Shown here: piece by piece, positions 19,936 through 30,877 of the stretch
How the letters are laid out: each line of letters opens with the position of its first letter
Position numbering within the stretch: the stretch's first letter is position 1
Source: an uncultured Planctomycetota bacterium
Lineage (GTDB): Bacteria > Planctomycetota > Planctomycetia > Isosphaerales > Isosphaeraceae
Direction: 5' to 3'
DNA: 64,000 nucleotides
NCBI GenBank assembly: GCA_963823665.1
Contig: CAWGMQ010000008.1
Location: forward strand, 1,408,001-1,472,000
Program-made: the position numbers and the translations under genes
Notes under the pieces: model-generated
Databases searched by the model: none
Told to the model about the DNA's origin: nothing
The model's input: the letters and a program-made list of their open reading frames with translations, nothing else

Positions 19936-22777
19936 CATCGTGACGATTCGAGTTCCTTTGCGGCTCAGACGAGCGCCCCATGGCTTTGCGGCGAGCGCGC
20001 TGTATTTTCCCAGCCGAGAGCCGGCTCTGCTGTTCGCCGTCTGCGCGGGTCTGGACCTCGACCCGTGGGGGCGAGTCTTCGCCGTCGAGAGCGGTTTTCT
20101 GCTGGTGCTCGAACAGCCGGCCACCGGCGCGGTGTCAGGGGCCGTTCGCCTGAGAAAGTTGACCGACGGGTTGTACGCGCCCGCCGATGCAGTGCTCCTA
20201 CCGGCCTTGCTCGACGATGAAGCGAGCGGAGTGACACGTGGCCGGGGCGTCGTGTTCCTGCATGGTGGGCGCGTGCTCGAGTTCGACCGCGAGTCCGCAA
20301 TCGATCCCGGAGCGCTTCTTCATGCACGGACCCGCGCTCGGCGGGCCTGGTGCCCGCTGCCCCAGCCGGAAGAGCCGGCCGAGCGGCTCACTCAAGTTGT
20401 TCTCGACGTGCCGGATCAGGATCCCAATGACATCTACCGAGAGATCCGGAAGGAGCTCAATCGGGGCAACTCGCAGTCCGGAACGTCGCGGCGGCCGGAG
20501 ACCGGTCCCGCAGACGAGGATGATCGCGGTGAGAACGCACGAGGCGAAGGCGAAGCGTCCGGATCGGAGACGGGCGAAACCGAAGGCGGCGCCCCAGAGC
20601 ACGCGCGGCGAACTCTGAAGAACGCGGGCGGCTCTGCGGTACACGGGATCCTGGGACCGCTCTACGGGGCGATCGGGGCGATGCGTGAAAAAATCCAGTG
20701 GGAGTGGGTCGATCATTCGGAATTGATCAAGAAGCTGGTGCGCGAGTTCAGGGAAGGAGACAAGGCGCTGGCGCTCGAGCGAGCGATCCCGATCATGCGA
20801 CCTGGCGAGGGTTTTCCGTCCTGGATCCCGGTGCGGGCCAACTGGCTGCCATGGACCCGGGCGGTCTACAACCTGGCCGAGCTGCTGCGACGGCCCGGCC
20901 GCGGCGAGGCAATACCAGTGCGCATGGCCCGCGATGACGCGGTGCGGGAGTTGATGCTGGAATATCGGAAAGCGGCCGAGGAGGCTGTGAGGCAGGGCGA
21001 CTTCCGCAGGGCGGCCTACATCTACGGCATCCTGCTCCAAGACGATCGCACGGCGGCCAGCGCACTCGAGCGTGCCGGGCTGCATCACGACGCGGCGCTC
21101 ATCTATGCGAACAAGCTGAACGATCGTGCTGCGGCGGCGCAGGCGTATGAGGCCGCCGGCGAATTCGACCGCGCGCTCGATCTATACAATCGCATCGGGC
21201 AGCACGAGCGGGCCGGCGACCTGCTGCGCCGGATCGGCGAAGAAGAGGCCGCGGTCGCGGAGTACGTGGCGGCGGCCCGTGAGCTTTCCACCGTCGCGGC
21301 AAACCACCTTGGTGCCGGAAGGATTCTGCTGGAGAAGGCGCGGCGAGTGGAGCTGGCGATCGAGGAGTTCAGGAGCGGGTGGCAGCGCCGGCCGGCGGGG
21401 AACTCGACGCAGTGCGGGCTCGAACTGGCCAGATTGCACGCGCGGGGGAACCAGGCCGCCGCTTTCCGGCGGCTGCTCGACGAAGCCGATGCGATGTTCG
21501 AGACCCCAGGCTACCCGTTCGACGGCTACTTCTACAACGAGATCGTACGCATGGCCGACGATCCAGCGCTCGAAGAGATCACGGAGGAAGTGCGAGACCG
21601 GGCGCTTCAGGCGACTGCGCGAAGCCTCCGGCGCGGACTGGAGAACCGGCGTTCATCGGCCATGATGGTCTCGAAGCTCCTGGGGCGGTCGAATTTGTGG
21701 CCGGCTGCGCTACTGAGCGACGCTGAATATGCGCTGGGAAAGGCGATTGAGGGACGTCACGTCGAAACGATCGTCCAGCGGTCGGCGCCATCGGGGCACA
21801 GCCTTCAGATTGGGCGAGGAAGTGTTACTGCGGCCTGCCAGGCAGCGGTCTCGGGAGAAATCTTCCTGGGCTTCGAGAGCGGGTTGATCTGCATTTTCCG
21901 GCCGGATAGCGAGCAGGTGGTCGAGGTACCCACGAATCACGGCACGGTCGTCGCGGTCTCGGTGGATCCGCAGGGCCAGATGCTGGCCTCGCTCCACGAA
22001 TCACACCGAGGGCTCAAGCTGTGCTGCTTCCGGAGGCGCCCGGACGGGTCATACCGATGGCAGCCGGAAATCGGAATCGATGCGGCCAAGAAGCACTGGC
22101 TGACGCCGATGCTGCGCATGGGCGTTGAGCGGCTGGTGGGGGTGAGCGACGGACGCGGGCTGATCGTCTTCGACGCGGCGTCGGGATTGGCGCGGGAGCG
22201 ACTGCGAGTTGCCGACGATGAATCGGTCGCGCCGTGGGCGGGGGTGCTGCTCGTCGCCGGCGAGCGGCGCAAACCATCGGCCAGCCGTGTGACAGTGCTC
22301 ACGCACGATTCGACGCAGTGGGTGGTGCTCGACCCGGCGGACGATCGGCTCTACCAGACCGGCTGCAATTGGCTGCCGGCTGAGACCGGAGCGCATGCTC
22401 TTGAGTCAGTTCCCCTTTCCTGGCGCCATGCCGCACCCTTGCTCGAGCTGGTGGGTGTGGACGGAAGCGGCAGGGTGCACGCCGCCGAGTTTCACGTGGA
22501 TGAGCGCTCGGTGGAGCTGATCGCTTGCCGGACGGCCACGACCGACGGGGGTTACGTGGGCGCCTCGCATTGCGGAACCAGTACAGTCGTGGCCGTTTCG
22601 CGCTCGGGTATCGATTGGTTGAGCTTTCACGGAGACCGGTTTCGCCTGTCACAAAGGGAGGAGTGCTCGCTCCCTTCCGCGATTGCGTGTTTCGCGACGC
22701 ACACGCGAGACGCACTGGTGGTGTGCTCACGGGGGCTGCTGATTCGCGTCCCAGTGCCACGGCGTGGTGCGCGGTAG
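19925..22777 (+). CDS. bpX3-like + TPR/helical + beta-propeller protein
   Basis: LYAPADAVLLPALLDDE, ALERAIP, GDFRRAAYIYG, TPR-like AAQAYEAAGEFDRALDLY, WD-like C-terminus (VVAVSVDPQGQMLASL). Start may be GTG 19940. Confidence 0.7.
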   Translation: MVGDIVTIRVPLRLRRAPHGFAASALYFPSREPALLFAVCAGLDLDPWGRVFAVESGFLLVLEQPATGAVSGAVRLRKLTDGLYAPADAVLLPALLDDEASGVTRGRGVVFLHGGRVLEFDRESAIDPGALLHARTRARRAWCPLPQPEEPAERLTQVVLDVPDQDPNDIYREIRKELNRGNSQSGTSRRPETGPADEDDRGENARGEGEASGSETGETEGGAPEHARRTLKNAGGSAVHGILGPLYGAIGAMREKIQWEWVDHSELIKKLVREFREGDKALALERAIPIMRPGEGFPSWIPVRANWLPWTRAVYNLAELLRRPGRGEAIPVRMARDDAVRELMLEYRKAAEEAVRQGDFRRAAYIYGILLQDDRTAASALERAGLHHDAALIYANKLNDRAAAAQAYEAAGEFDRALDLYNRIGQHERAGDLLRRIGEEEAAVAEYVAAARELSTVAANHLGAGRILLEKARRVELAIEEFRSGWQRRPAGNSTQCGLELARLHARGNQAAAFRRLLDEADAMFETPGYPFDGYFYNEIVRMADDPALEEITEEVRDRALQATARSLRRGLENRRSSAMMVSKLLGRSNLWPAALLSDAEYALGKAIEGRHVETIVQRSAPSGHSLQIGRGSVTAACQAAVSGEIFLGFESGLICIFRPDSEQVVEVPTNHGTVVAVSVDPQGQMLASLHESHRGLKLCCFRRRPDGSYRWQPEIGIDAAKKHWLTPMLRMGVERLVGVSDGRGLIVFDAASGLARERLRVADDESVAPWAGVLLVAGERRKPSASRVTVLTHDSTQWVVLDPADDRLYQTGCNWLPAETGAHALESVPLSWRHAAPLLELVGVDGSGRVHAAEFHVDERSVELIACRTATTDGGYVGASHCGTSTVVAVSRSGIDWLSFHGDRFRLSQREECSLPSAIACFATHTRDALVVCSRGLLIRVPVPRRGAR

Positions 22778-22886
22778 TGATGCACTCACGGTCGCCGCTG
22801 AAGACGAGGCAAACTGGATGGACTGGGCATGTAAATCATTCAGACGAGTTGCGTTGAAATGGTGTCGAGGGTGTTGAGCAAGGGGA

Positions 22887-22915
22887 TTGCAATTGAGGCT
22901 GGCATTTCCTATGCT
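22887..22915 (+). promoter_or_regulatory. Sigma70-type promoter for rpsO
   Basis: TTGCAA, 17-nt spacer, TATGCT, about 70 nt upstream of the rpsO ATG. Confidence 0.6.
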
Positions 22916-22984
22916 TAAACCCTCAAAGAGTAAGTGGATCAATCAGGGACGGCTCTAACAAGGCCGGCGGTATTGGGGCGTGAG

Positions 22985-23254
22985 ATGGCGATCACGAAGG
23001 AGAAGAAGCAGGAGATCATCGGCACATTCGGCCGGGCCGAAGTGGACACGGGTTCGCCCGAAGTGCAAGTTGCCTTGTTGACGGCCCGGATCAATGACCT
23101 GACGGATCATTTCAAGACACACGCGAAGGACCATGCCAGCCGCCGTGGGCTGCTGATGATGGTCTCGAAGAGGTCGAGCCTGCTGAAGTATCTGCGGCTC
23201 CACAATCGCAAGAAGTATCTTGAAGTGATCAGCCGGCTGGGAATCCGCAAGTAG
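22985..23254 (+). CDS. rpsO: 30S ribosomal protein S15
   Basis: [33 protein letters not shown], 89 aa. Confidence 0.98.
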   Translation: MAITKEKKQEIIGTFGRAEVDTGSPEVQVALLTARINDLTDHFKTHAKDHASRRGLLMMVSKRSSLLKYLRLHNRKKYLEVISRLGIRK

Positions 23255-23649
23255 ACGGTAGCCTTCTCGCTCGCCGCCTGCGGGCGGTCGATTCCGGTGC
23301 GCGTGCAGGGTGCGGTAGGGAGGTCCCGGGTTCTGCCTTGTCAGCATTGCAAACCCAAGTGCCCGTGCGGAGCCCGCCAGGGTTTCGTAGGCCGTTTCTG
23401 GAGATTGTGGTTCTATCGTGATCGGAAGCAGCCCCCGTCAGGTGTCCACTCACTCTTGCTCTCTTAACAAGCTGTTGGGGTTTAAACCGGCCTGTCGAGA
23501 ACGATGAGGGCCGGGTTGATCGCAACGGTTTGGCGTTGAGTCGAAGTGGGACCGCTGATGAATGAGACAATGACGCGGCGACACCCGACCGGGTCCATCG
23601 TGATATCCTCAAAAAGCCCCGCATTGGCGCGGCCATGCAGGTAGGGTCC

Positions 23650-26034
23650 ATGTCCAGTACTTTTTCGTCACGTAAGCTTGTCGAGAAGACCGTCGGCGGC
23701 AAGCAGATCAGCATCGAGACGGGATTTTTGGCAAAACAAGCCAGCGGCGCGGTGGTCGTCCGGATCGGCGACACGATGACGCTGGTTGCGGTGGTGGCGG
23801 GTCCAGGGCGGGAGGGGCTCGATTTCTTCCCGCTGACTGTAGACTACCGTGAAAAGACCTATGCCGCGGGCAAGTTCCCCGGCGGGTTTATCAAGCGCGA
23901 GGGACGGCCGACCACCAAGGAGATCCTGACATCGCGGCTGATTGACCGGCCGATCCGGCCGCTTTTTCCGGAGTCTTATCGCGACGAAGTCCAGATTCAG
24001 GCCGGGCCGATATCGGCAGACCGGCAGAATGACCCGGACGTGCTTTCGATGATCGGGGCTTCGGCCGCGCTCATGCTCGCCCGAGTGCCATTCTTCGGGC
24101 CGGTGGGCGCGATCCGGCTGGGGAGGGTCGATGGCCAGCTCGTCGCGTTTCCGACCGCGGCCGAGCTCGAGGACAGCGATCTGGACCTGATCGTCTCGAG
24201 CACAGAGAACACGATCGTGATGATCGAGGGCTTTGGCGAAGAGCTTCCCGAGCCCGAGATGGGCGACGCGATCATGGAGGCGCATCGATTGAATCAGGAG
24301 TTGATCGCGCTTCAGAAGGAGCTGATCGAGGCCGTCGGTTTGCCGCCACTCGAGCTGCCAGAACCGCCCGTGGATGCCTTGCGGCAGACGATTTACGAGC
24401 GTTACAGCGGCGCCTTGCGTGAGGCGAAGCAGTTATTGATGAAGGCCGAGCGAAACAGTGCGACGCGTGCCCTCGAAGAGACGATCATCAAGGAGCTGGT
24501 GCCGACCACGAAGGCTGCCTCGAGTGGGGAAGCCGCGGGTTCCTCTGGCGACCCGGCCCCGAGCCCGGTCCCCGCTGACGCGGTGGTCACCGCGGCGAGG
24601 GTGAAGGCAGCCTTTACCGCCGTCGAGGAGCGGGTCGTGCGGGAGCTGATCCTGGACGGGACACGCCCGGACGGGCGCGGCCCCAAGGACCTCCGGTCGA
24701 TCAAGTGCGAGGTCGGGCTATTGCCCCGGGCGCACGGCTCGGCCGTGTTTCAGCGCGGCGAGACGCAGGCGCTCGTGACGACGGTGCTCGGGACCGGTGC
24801 CGACGAGCAGCGGGTGGACGGGATCATGGATGAATACAGCAAGAAGTTCATGCTCGATTACAATATGCCCTCGTTCGCGGTAGGCGAGGTCAGGCCGATT
24901 CGCGGGCCGGGGCGGCGCGAGATCGGCCACGGCGCGCTCGCCGAGCGTTCGGTGGCGCCGATTCTGCCGGGTGCGGCTCAGTTTCCGTACACGATCCGCG
25001 TGGTGTCGGACATTCTCGAATCGAACGGATCGAGCTCGATGGCCTCGGTCTGCGGTGCGACCTTGAGCCTGATGGACGCGGGCGTACCGATCAGCGATCC
25101 GGTGGGAGGAATCTCGATCGGGCTGGTGCAGGATGCCTCGAGCGGCCGGCACATCCTGCTGACCGACATCATCGGCGACGAGGACCACTTCGGTGACATG
25201 GACTTCAAGGTCGCCGGCACTCAGCGCGGGGTGACCGGCATCCAGCTCGACCTCAAGAACCGCGGGATCACCGAGGTGATCATGCGCGAGACGCTCGAGC
25301 AGGCGCGCGAGGCACGGCTGGAGATCCTGCGGGCGATGCTGCGGGCGATCAAGCGGCCGCGTGAAGAGATCTCGGCGAACGCACCGCGATTGATCCAGAT
25401 CCAGATCAATCCCGAGAAGATCGGGCTCATCATCGGGCCCGGTGGCAAGACGATTCGCCGCCTGCAAGAAGAGACCGGCGCCAAGATCGACATTGACGAC
25501 ACCGGCGTGGTGACGCTCTCGAGTCTCGAGGCCGCGGGGGCCGAGGCCGCTCGCGACAAGATCGTGGCGATGACGGAAGGGGTGCAGCTCGGACGGATCT
25601 ACGAAGGTAGGGTGACCTCGATCAAGGAGTTCGGCGCCTTCGTCGAGATCCTTCCCGGCAAGGACGGGCTGGTGCACATCAGCGAGCTCTCGGAAGGATA
25701 CGTCTCGAGCGTGACAGACGTGTGCCGGGTGGGCGATCCGATGCTGGTCAAGGCGATCGCGATCGACGACCAGGACAGAGTGAAGCTCTCGCGAAAGGCG
25801 GCCATGGCCGAGCGCGGGCAAGTTGACGAGATCGCCACGCGACCGCGGCCTCCGGGGCCGCAGGGCGGGGAAGGAAGAGGAGGCGACCGGGGCGGGCCGC
25901 CGCCGCCGCGCCGGCCAAGCGGCGACCGCGATCGAGGCCCGGACCGCGATCGCGGGGGTTATGGGGGCGGAGACCGGGATCGCGATCGCGGTGGCTACGG
26001 CGGGGGAGGGGACCGAGGTCCTCGGCGGCCCTGA
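23650..26034 (+). CDS. pnp: Polyribonucleotide nucleotidyltransferase
   Basis: [52 protein letters not shown] and S1 domains, RG/DR-rich tail. Confidence 0.98.
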   Translation: MSSTFSSRKLVEKTVGGKQISIETGFLAKQASGAVVVRIGDTMTLVAVVAGPGREGLDFFPLTVDYREKTYAAGKFPGGFIKREGRPTTKEILTSRLIDRPIRPLFPESYRDEVQIQAGPISADRQNDPDVLSMIGASAALMLARVPFFGPVGAIRLGRVDGQLVAFPTAAELEDSDLDLIVSSTENTIVMIEGFGEELPEPEMGDAIMEAHRLNQELIALQKELIEAVGLPPLELPEPPVDALRQTIYERYSGALREAKQLLMKAERNSATRALEETIIKELVPTTKAASSGEAAGSSGDPAPSPVPADAVVTAARVKAAFTAVEERVVRELILDGTRPDGRGPKDLRSIKCEVGLLPRAHGSAVFQRGETQALVTTVLGTGADEQRVDGIMDEYSKKFMLDYNMPSFAVGEVRPIRGPGRREIGHGALAERSVAPILPGAAQFPYTIRVVSDILESNGSSSMASVCGATLSLMDAGVPISDPVGGISIGLVQDASSGRHILLTDIIGDEDHFGDMDFKVAGTQRGVTGIQLDLKNRGITEVIMRETLEQAREARLEILRAMLRAIKRPREEISANAPRLIQIQINPEKIGLIIGPGGKTIRRLQEETGAKIDIDDTGVVTLSSLEAAGAEAARDKIVAMTEGVQLGRIYEGRVTSIKEFGAFVEILPGKDGLVHISELSEGYVSSVTDVCRVGDPMLVKAIAIDDQDRVKLSRKAAMAERGQVDEIATRPRPPGPQGGEGRGGDRGGPPPPRRPSGDRDRGPDRDRGGYGGGDRDRDRGGYGGGGDRGPRRP

Positions 26035-26083
26035 GCGGCCTCGTCTGTGTGCGCCGCCCCGGTGTGCGCTAATCCCGCTGCAA

Positions 26084-27100
26084 ATGGGCAAATTGAGAAC
26101 AGGAAAGGTTAGCCAGGGCGGGCCCAGAAAAAAGACCGGTATCCCGGCGAGGGGCGAGTCGTCTCGTGGCGAATCCATCGACCACCAAGGTTTCACGAAG
26201 CCAGGCAGAAGTCAGGTCGAGCCCCCGCGCGCGGGCGAAGATGGCATCGGAGATATTCGAGACGGCGCGCCGGGAACGGAAACCGGGGGCGGACTGACAA
26301 CGGAAGCCTCCGGGGCTAGACCGGTCGACTCGGAGCAGGACTCGACCCGGCGGTTGCGCGCTCAATACGCGGAAATCTCGCAGCTTGCGGGGGGGCTGGC
26401 GCACGAGATCCGCAACCCCCTGTCGACTTTGTCGCTGAACCTCGACCTGCTGCTGGAGGATTTTCAAAACCCGGAGACTCCACGAGACCGGCGGGTGCTG
26501 CAGCGGCTCGAGCGGCTTCGGCCGGAAGTTCAGCGGTTGCACGGCATCCTCGAGAGCTTCCTGCGATTCGCGCGGGTTCAGGAGCTGAAGCTCGAGCCGA
26601 CGGACCTGAATACCGTCATCGACGAGATGCGGGATTTCTACGAGCCACATGCTTCGACCAAGGGGATTGTAGTTCGCACCAAGTTTGCGCGCGACCTTCC
26701 CCCCGTGCATCTCGATCGCGAGCTGTTCAAGCAAGCCGTCTTGAACCTGGTTTTGAATGCCGAGCACGCGATGCCCGAGGGCGGCGAGCTGATTCTCACG
26801 ACTCGCCGCCAAGGCCGATGGCTCCGCCTCGATGTGGTCGATACAGGAGTGGGGATGACGGAGGAGGTTCGATCGCGGATCTTCGACGCGTTCTTCTCGA
26901 CTCGCGCCGGCGGCAGCGGCCTGGGCTTGCCGACCACCCGGAAGATCATCGAAGCGCACGGTGGCGAAATCGATGTGCAGAGCGATCTGGGCAAGGGCTC
27001 GCAGTTCAGCGTGCGGCTGCCGGTTTACGAACGGGTGCCGACGGATCGGAGCGGCACGCCGGTCGAACCCGTGCCGCGCGGGCTCCCGCCGCAACCGTGA
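26084..27100 (+). CDS. Cytoplasmic sensor histidine kinase (start uncertain)
   Basis: H-box [11 protein letters not shown]-box NLVLNA, G1 DTGVG, F-box FFST, G2 GSGLGL. Confidence 0.9.
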   Translation: MGKLRTGKVSQGGPRKKTGIPARGESSRGESIDHQGFTKPGRSQVEPPRAGEDGIGDIRDGAPGTETGGGLTTEASGARPVDSEQDSTRRLRAQYAEISQLAGGLAHEIRNPLSTLSLNLDLLLEDFQNPETPRDRRVLQRLERLRPEVQRLHGILESFLRFARVQELKLEPTDLNTVIDEMRDFYEPHASTKGIVVRTKFARDLPPVHLDRELFKQAVLNLVLNAEHAMPEGGELILTTRRQGRWLRLDVVDTGVGMTEEVRSRIFDAFFSTRAGGSGLGLPTTRKIIEAHGGEIDVQSDLGKGSQFSVRLPVYERVPTDRSGTPVEPVPRGLPPQP

Positions 27101-27137
27101 GATCTCCGTCCGTCTCTTCGAGCGCGAGCAAGGACCG

Positions 27138-28508
27138 ATGGATCAGCAGATCCGCGTGTTGGTGGTGGACGACGACGAGCCGCACGCCACGGCCGTGGCC
27201 GAGAGCCTCGAGCGTGTCGGCTACGACTGCGTCGTGGCCACCAGCGGCGCCGAAGGGCTGAAGCTGATCGAGGAACAAGTCTTCGACATCATCATCACCG
27301 ACCTGATCATGGAAGGCGTGGGAGGCCTCGAGGTGCTGGCCAAGGCCAAGCGCGAGATCCCTGACGCCGAGGTCGTGATTCTGACCGGACACAGCACGAT
27401 CAAGACAGCCGTGACCGCGATTCAGGCCGGGGCTTCGACCTATCTCACCAAGCCGCTCGATATCAACGAGCTGCGAACTGTCGCCGACAAGGCTTCGCAC
27501 TCACAGCGGCTGCAGCGATCAAACATCGAGCTTCAGAAGCAGCTCAACGAGAAGTTCGGCTTCGAGGGGGTGATCGGGAATTCGGAGGCGATGCATTCGG
27601 TGGTGGCCAAGCTGCGGCAGATCGCACCCACGTCGGCGTCGGTGCTCATCACCGGCGAGAGCGGAACGGGAAAAGAACTGGTCGCCAAGGCGCTGCACGT
27701 CAATGGCCCGCGCCGCAACAAGCCGTTCGTGCCGCTCAATTGCGCCGAGCTCTCGGAGAACATCCTCGAGAGCGAGCTCTTCGGCCACGTGAAAGGGGCC
27801 TTCACCGGCGCCGATCGAGACCGGATCGGCCGCTTCCAGTACGCCAACGGCGGCACGCTCTTCATGGACGAGATCGGCGACATGCCCACACCGATCCAGA
27901 TCAAACTGCTCAGAGTGCTCGAGACCGGCGAGATTGTACGCGTCGGTACGAACGACCCGATCAAGGTCAACGTCCGGCTGATCTCGGCCACTAACTGCGA
28001 TCTGGGCGGCGCCATCGCGGAGGGAAGGTTCCGGCAGGACCTGTACCACCGCTTGAAGGTTGTGAGCATCAAGCTGCCGCCGCTTCGCGAGCGACGCGAC
28101 GACATCCCACTCTTGACCGAACACTTCCTCAAGGACTTCAGCGCTTCCCATGGCAAGCAGGTAGCGGCGATCACACCGGCAGTTCGCAAGGTCTTGATGG
28201 CGCACTCGTGGCCAGGAAACGTCCGTGAGCTCAAGAACACGATCGAGAGCATGGTCGTGATCGATGTCGACGGCCGGCTGGACCTCGACGACCTCACCGA
28301 AGACCTCCAGTCGGCGACCACCGGAGCCACCGGCGTGGGTGCGGCGGGGTTCGATTCGCTGGTAGGAAAATCGCTCGAGGATATCGAGAAGCACTACATC
28401 GCCGAGACCTTGAAGCTCACAAGCGGCAACCGCGAGGATGCTGCGAAAATGCTGGGCATCGGCGAGCGCACTCTCTATCGCAAGCTCAAGGAATACGGGC
28501 TTGGCTAA
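27138..28508 (+). CDS. NtrC-family sigma54-dependent response regulator
   Basis: REC (VVDDD, TDLIM), Walker [23 protein letters not shown], Fis HTH. Confidence 0.95.
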   Translation: MDQQIRVLVVDDDEPHATAVAESLERVGYDCVVATSGAEGLKLIEEQVFDIIITDLIMEGVGGLEVLAKAKREIPDAEVVILTGHSTIKTAVTAIQAGASTYLTKPLDINELRTVADKASHSQRLQRSNIELQKQLNEKFGFEGVIGNSEAMHSVVAKLRQIAPTSASVLITGESGTGKELVAKALHVNGPRRNKPFVPLNCAELSENILESELFGHVKGAFTGADRDRIGRFQYANGGTLFMDEIGDMPTPIQIKLLRVLETGEIVRVGTNDPIKVNVRLISATNCDLGGAIAEGRFRQDLYHRLKVVSIKLPPLRERRDDIPLLTEHFLKDFSASHGKQVAAITPAVRKVLMAHSWPGNVRELKNTIESMVVIDVDGRLDLDDLTEDLQSATTGATGVGAAGFDSLVGKSLEDIEKHYIAETLKLTSGNREDAAKMLGIGERTLYRKLKEYGLG

Positions 28509-28653
28509 AAGCCTCGGATCGTTCGACTTGGACCGAGCGCGACGACCGCACGCTGCGATCGATTCAACACGGCAGGAGCCACAAGTCCGATCTTTCTGAA
28601 CGAAAGATCACTGTGTATACTGGCAGGGTCGATGGGTTTGGGAGTCATTGTCG

Positions 28654-30735
28654 ATGGGAATCATCCGCCAGTTGCCGCAGGCGGTTATCAATCAGATTGC
28701 CGCGGGCGAGGTCGTCGAGCGCGCTTCGAGCGTGGTGAAGGAGTTGCTCGAGAACGCCATCGACGCCGGGGCCACGCGGGTGGATCTTTCGGTCGAGCGG
28801 GGTGGGAAGGATTTGGTGCGGGTTGCGGATAACGGCGCCGGGATGGCCGACGACGACTTGCTTCTGGCGTTTCAACCGCACGCGACCTCGAAGCTGGCCG
28901 ACGCCGAGGATCTGTACCGAGTGCGGACGCTCGGCTTTCGGGGCGAGGCGCTGGCGGCGATTGCCGAAGTCGCCAAGGTGCGCTGCCAGAGCCGCACGGC
29001 GTCATCCGAACACGGTTCGGAGATCACGATCGAAGCAGGGATCTTCGGTCCCGTGAAGGAATGCGGCTGCCCCACCGGCACGGTGATCGAGGTGCGAAAT
29101 CTCTTTCAGAACATTCCCGTAAGGCGAGCGTTTTTGAAGTCGGACATGACAGAGGCCGGGCATGTCGCGGAGATGTTTTGCCGGGTCGCGCTGGCCCATC
29201 CGGCAGTTCATCTGACGTACCGCTCCGGAGGAAAGCTGATTCACGACCTGCCGCCGGTTCCGGGAATGCGAGAGCGGATTGCGGTTTTCTTCGGCCGTGA
29301 GCTCGCCGAGTCTCTGCTGTGGATTGAAGGCCGGCTCGACGACTTGAATCTGTGGGGATTCGTCGGGCATCCATCACAGAGCCGGTCGACCGCCAAGGGG
29401 CAGTTCTTGTTCCTCGGCGGGCGGTATGTGCGCGACCGCTCGCTCGGCCACGCGCTCAATGAGGCGTATCGCGGTTTGCTGATGGTGGGCCGGATGCCGG
29501 TGGCATTCCTGCACCTGGAGATTCCGCCGGAACAGGTCGATGTGAATGTGCATCCGACCAAGGTCGAGGTGCGGTTCCGCGATCCGCAGCGGGTTTACAG
29601 CCATCTACTCTCGACACTGCGGCAGACATTTCTGAAGAGCGATCTGCACACGCGACTCCAAGCCTCTCAGGAAGCGGCGATTGCGGAGGCCCTTCGGCAG
29701 CCCTCCGGCGAGCAGGGGCGGGTGCCCGCGAGCCAGTCATCCGGATTGGCATTCGGCGGAGCGCCGCCTCGAGTCGAGCTTGGGCGTGCTCGATCTGGCC
29801 GGCGACCCCAATGATCGCCAGCGGGTGGCATCGTGGTTCGAGCCCTCGGGCGGCAAGCCACGGATTCCGGATTCCGTTGGTCTGCCGGCGCCCGGTGCCT
29901 GGGCACAGTCGTTGCCCCTGGCAGGCGCCGTGGGGCCGGGTGAATCATTTGACGAGTTTTCAGCGATGCAGGGAAGCCCCGGGGAGACCCCGGAGGATTT
30001 CTCGTCGGAGCCTGGGCGTTCTGGACCGAACAGCAATGCCAGGGCACGCTCCGTTGGAATTGCGGCGGAGGATGGAACGGTGGATTCGAGCGTCCCATCG
30101 CCGGACCAGCGGAAGAGGGCAGAAAACGTCGATCTTTCGATGCGCACCGAGCAAGCCTCGGAGCCGGTCCGGAAGGCAATTCAGGTGCACGACAGCTATC
30201 TGATCGCCGAGACGGGCGATGGGATGGTGGTGATCGATCAGCATGCGCTCCACGAACGGATTCTGTACGAGGAGCTGCGGAACCGAGTCGGCGCGGGAAC
30301 ATCGAATCGCAGAGGCTGCTTGTGCCGGAGCCGGTGGATCTGCCGGCAGCGGAGGCGGCGCTCGTGATCGAGCAATCCGAGCTGCTGGCTCAGCTCGGGC
30401 TGGAGGTCGAATCGTTCGGCGGCGACACGGTCTTGCTCAGGAGCGCACCGGCGATGCTCGAGCAGGTAAATCCAGAAAGGCTGGTGCGCGACCTGGCCGA
30501 ACATCTGCGAACGCAGCCTCTGCCGCCGAGCCGCGACGGGATGCTCGCCGAGCTTATGCACATGATCGCCTGCAAGGGGGCCGTGAAGGCCGGCCAACCC
30601 CTTTCGGCGACCGAGATCGAGGCACTCCTGGCACGCGGAAGCCTGGTGGCCAACTCGCATCACTGTCCCCATGGTCGGCCAACGGCGCTTGTCTTCACGA
30701 AGGCTGACCTTGAAAAGCAGTTCGGGCGGACCTAG
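28654..30735 (+). CDS. mutL: DNA mismatch repair protein MutL, split by two frameshifts (about 29770 and 30300)
   Basis: IAAGEVVER, KELLENAIDAGA, HATSK, LGFRGEAL, DVNVHPTK. DQHALHER is in a second frame; ACKGAVKAG and CPHGRP are in a third. Confidence 0.93.
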
Positions 30736-30877
30736 CGGTCCGGTGCGGCCGCGAAGTCCGGATCAACCCCTTTCACGGGTCAGCAGCGTTAACATAGAAT
30801 CTTGTAAGGCATTGGGATCGCTCGTCGAATCGGCGAGGTTGAGGTTGCTCCCCGTGTGTGGGAGGAGGTATGCGGAG

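Noticed and set aside
25840..26034. RG/DR-rich PNPase tail as a novel domain
   Set aside because: Low-complexity tails of this kind are common on PNPase.
24718..26196. Long antisense ORFs opposite pnp, the PVC protein, the protease and the LRR gene
   Set aside because: Shadows caused by high GC3 codon bias in the real genes.
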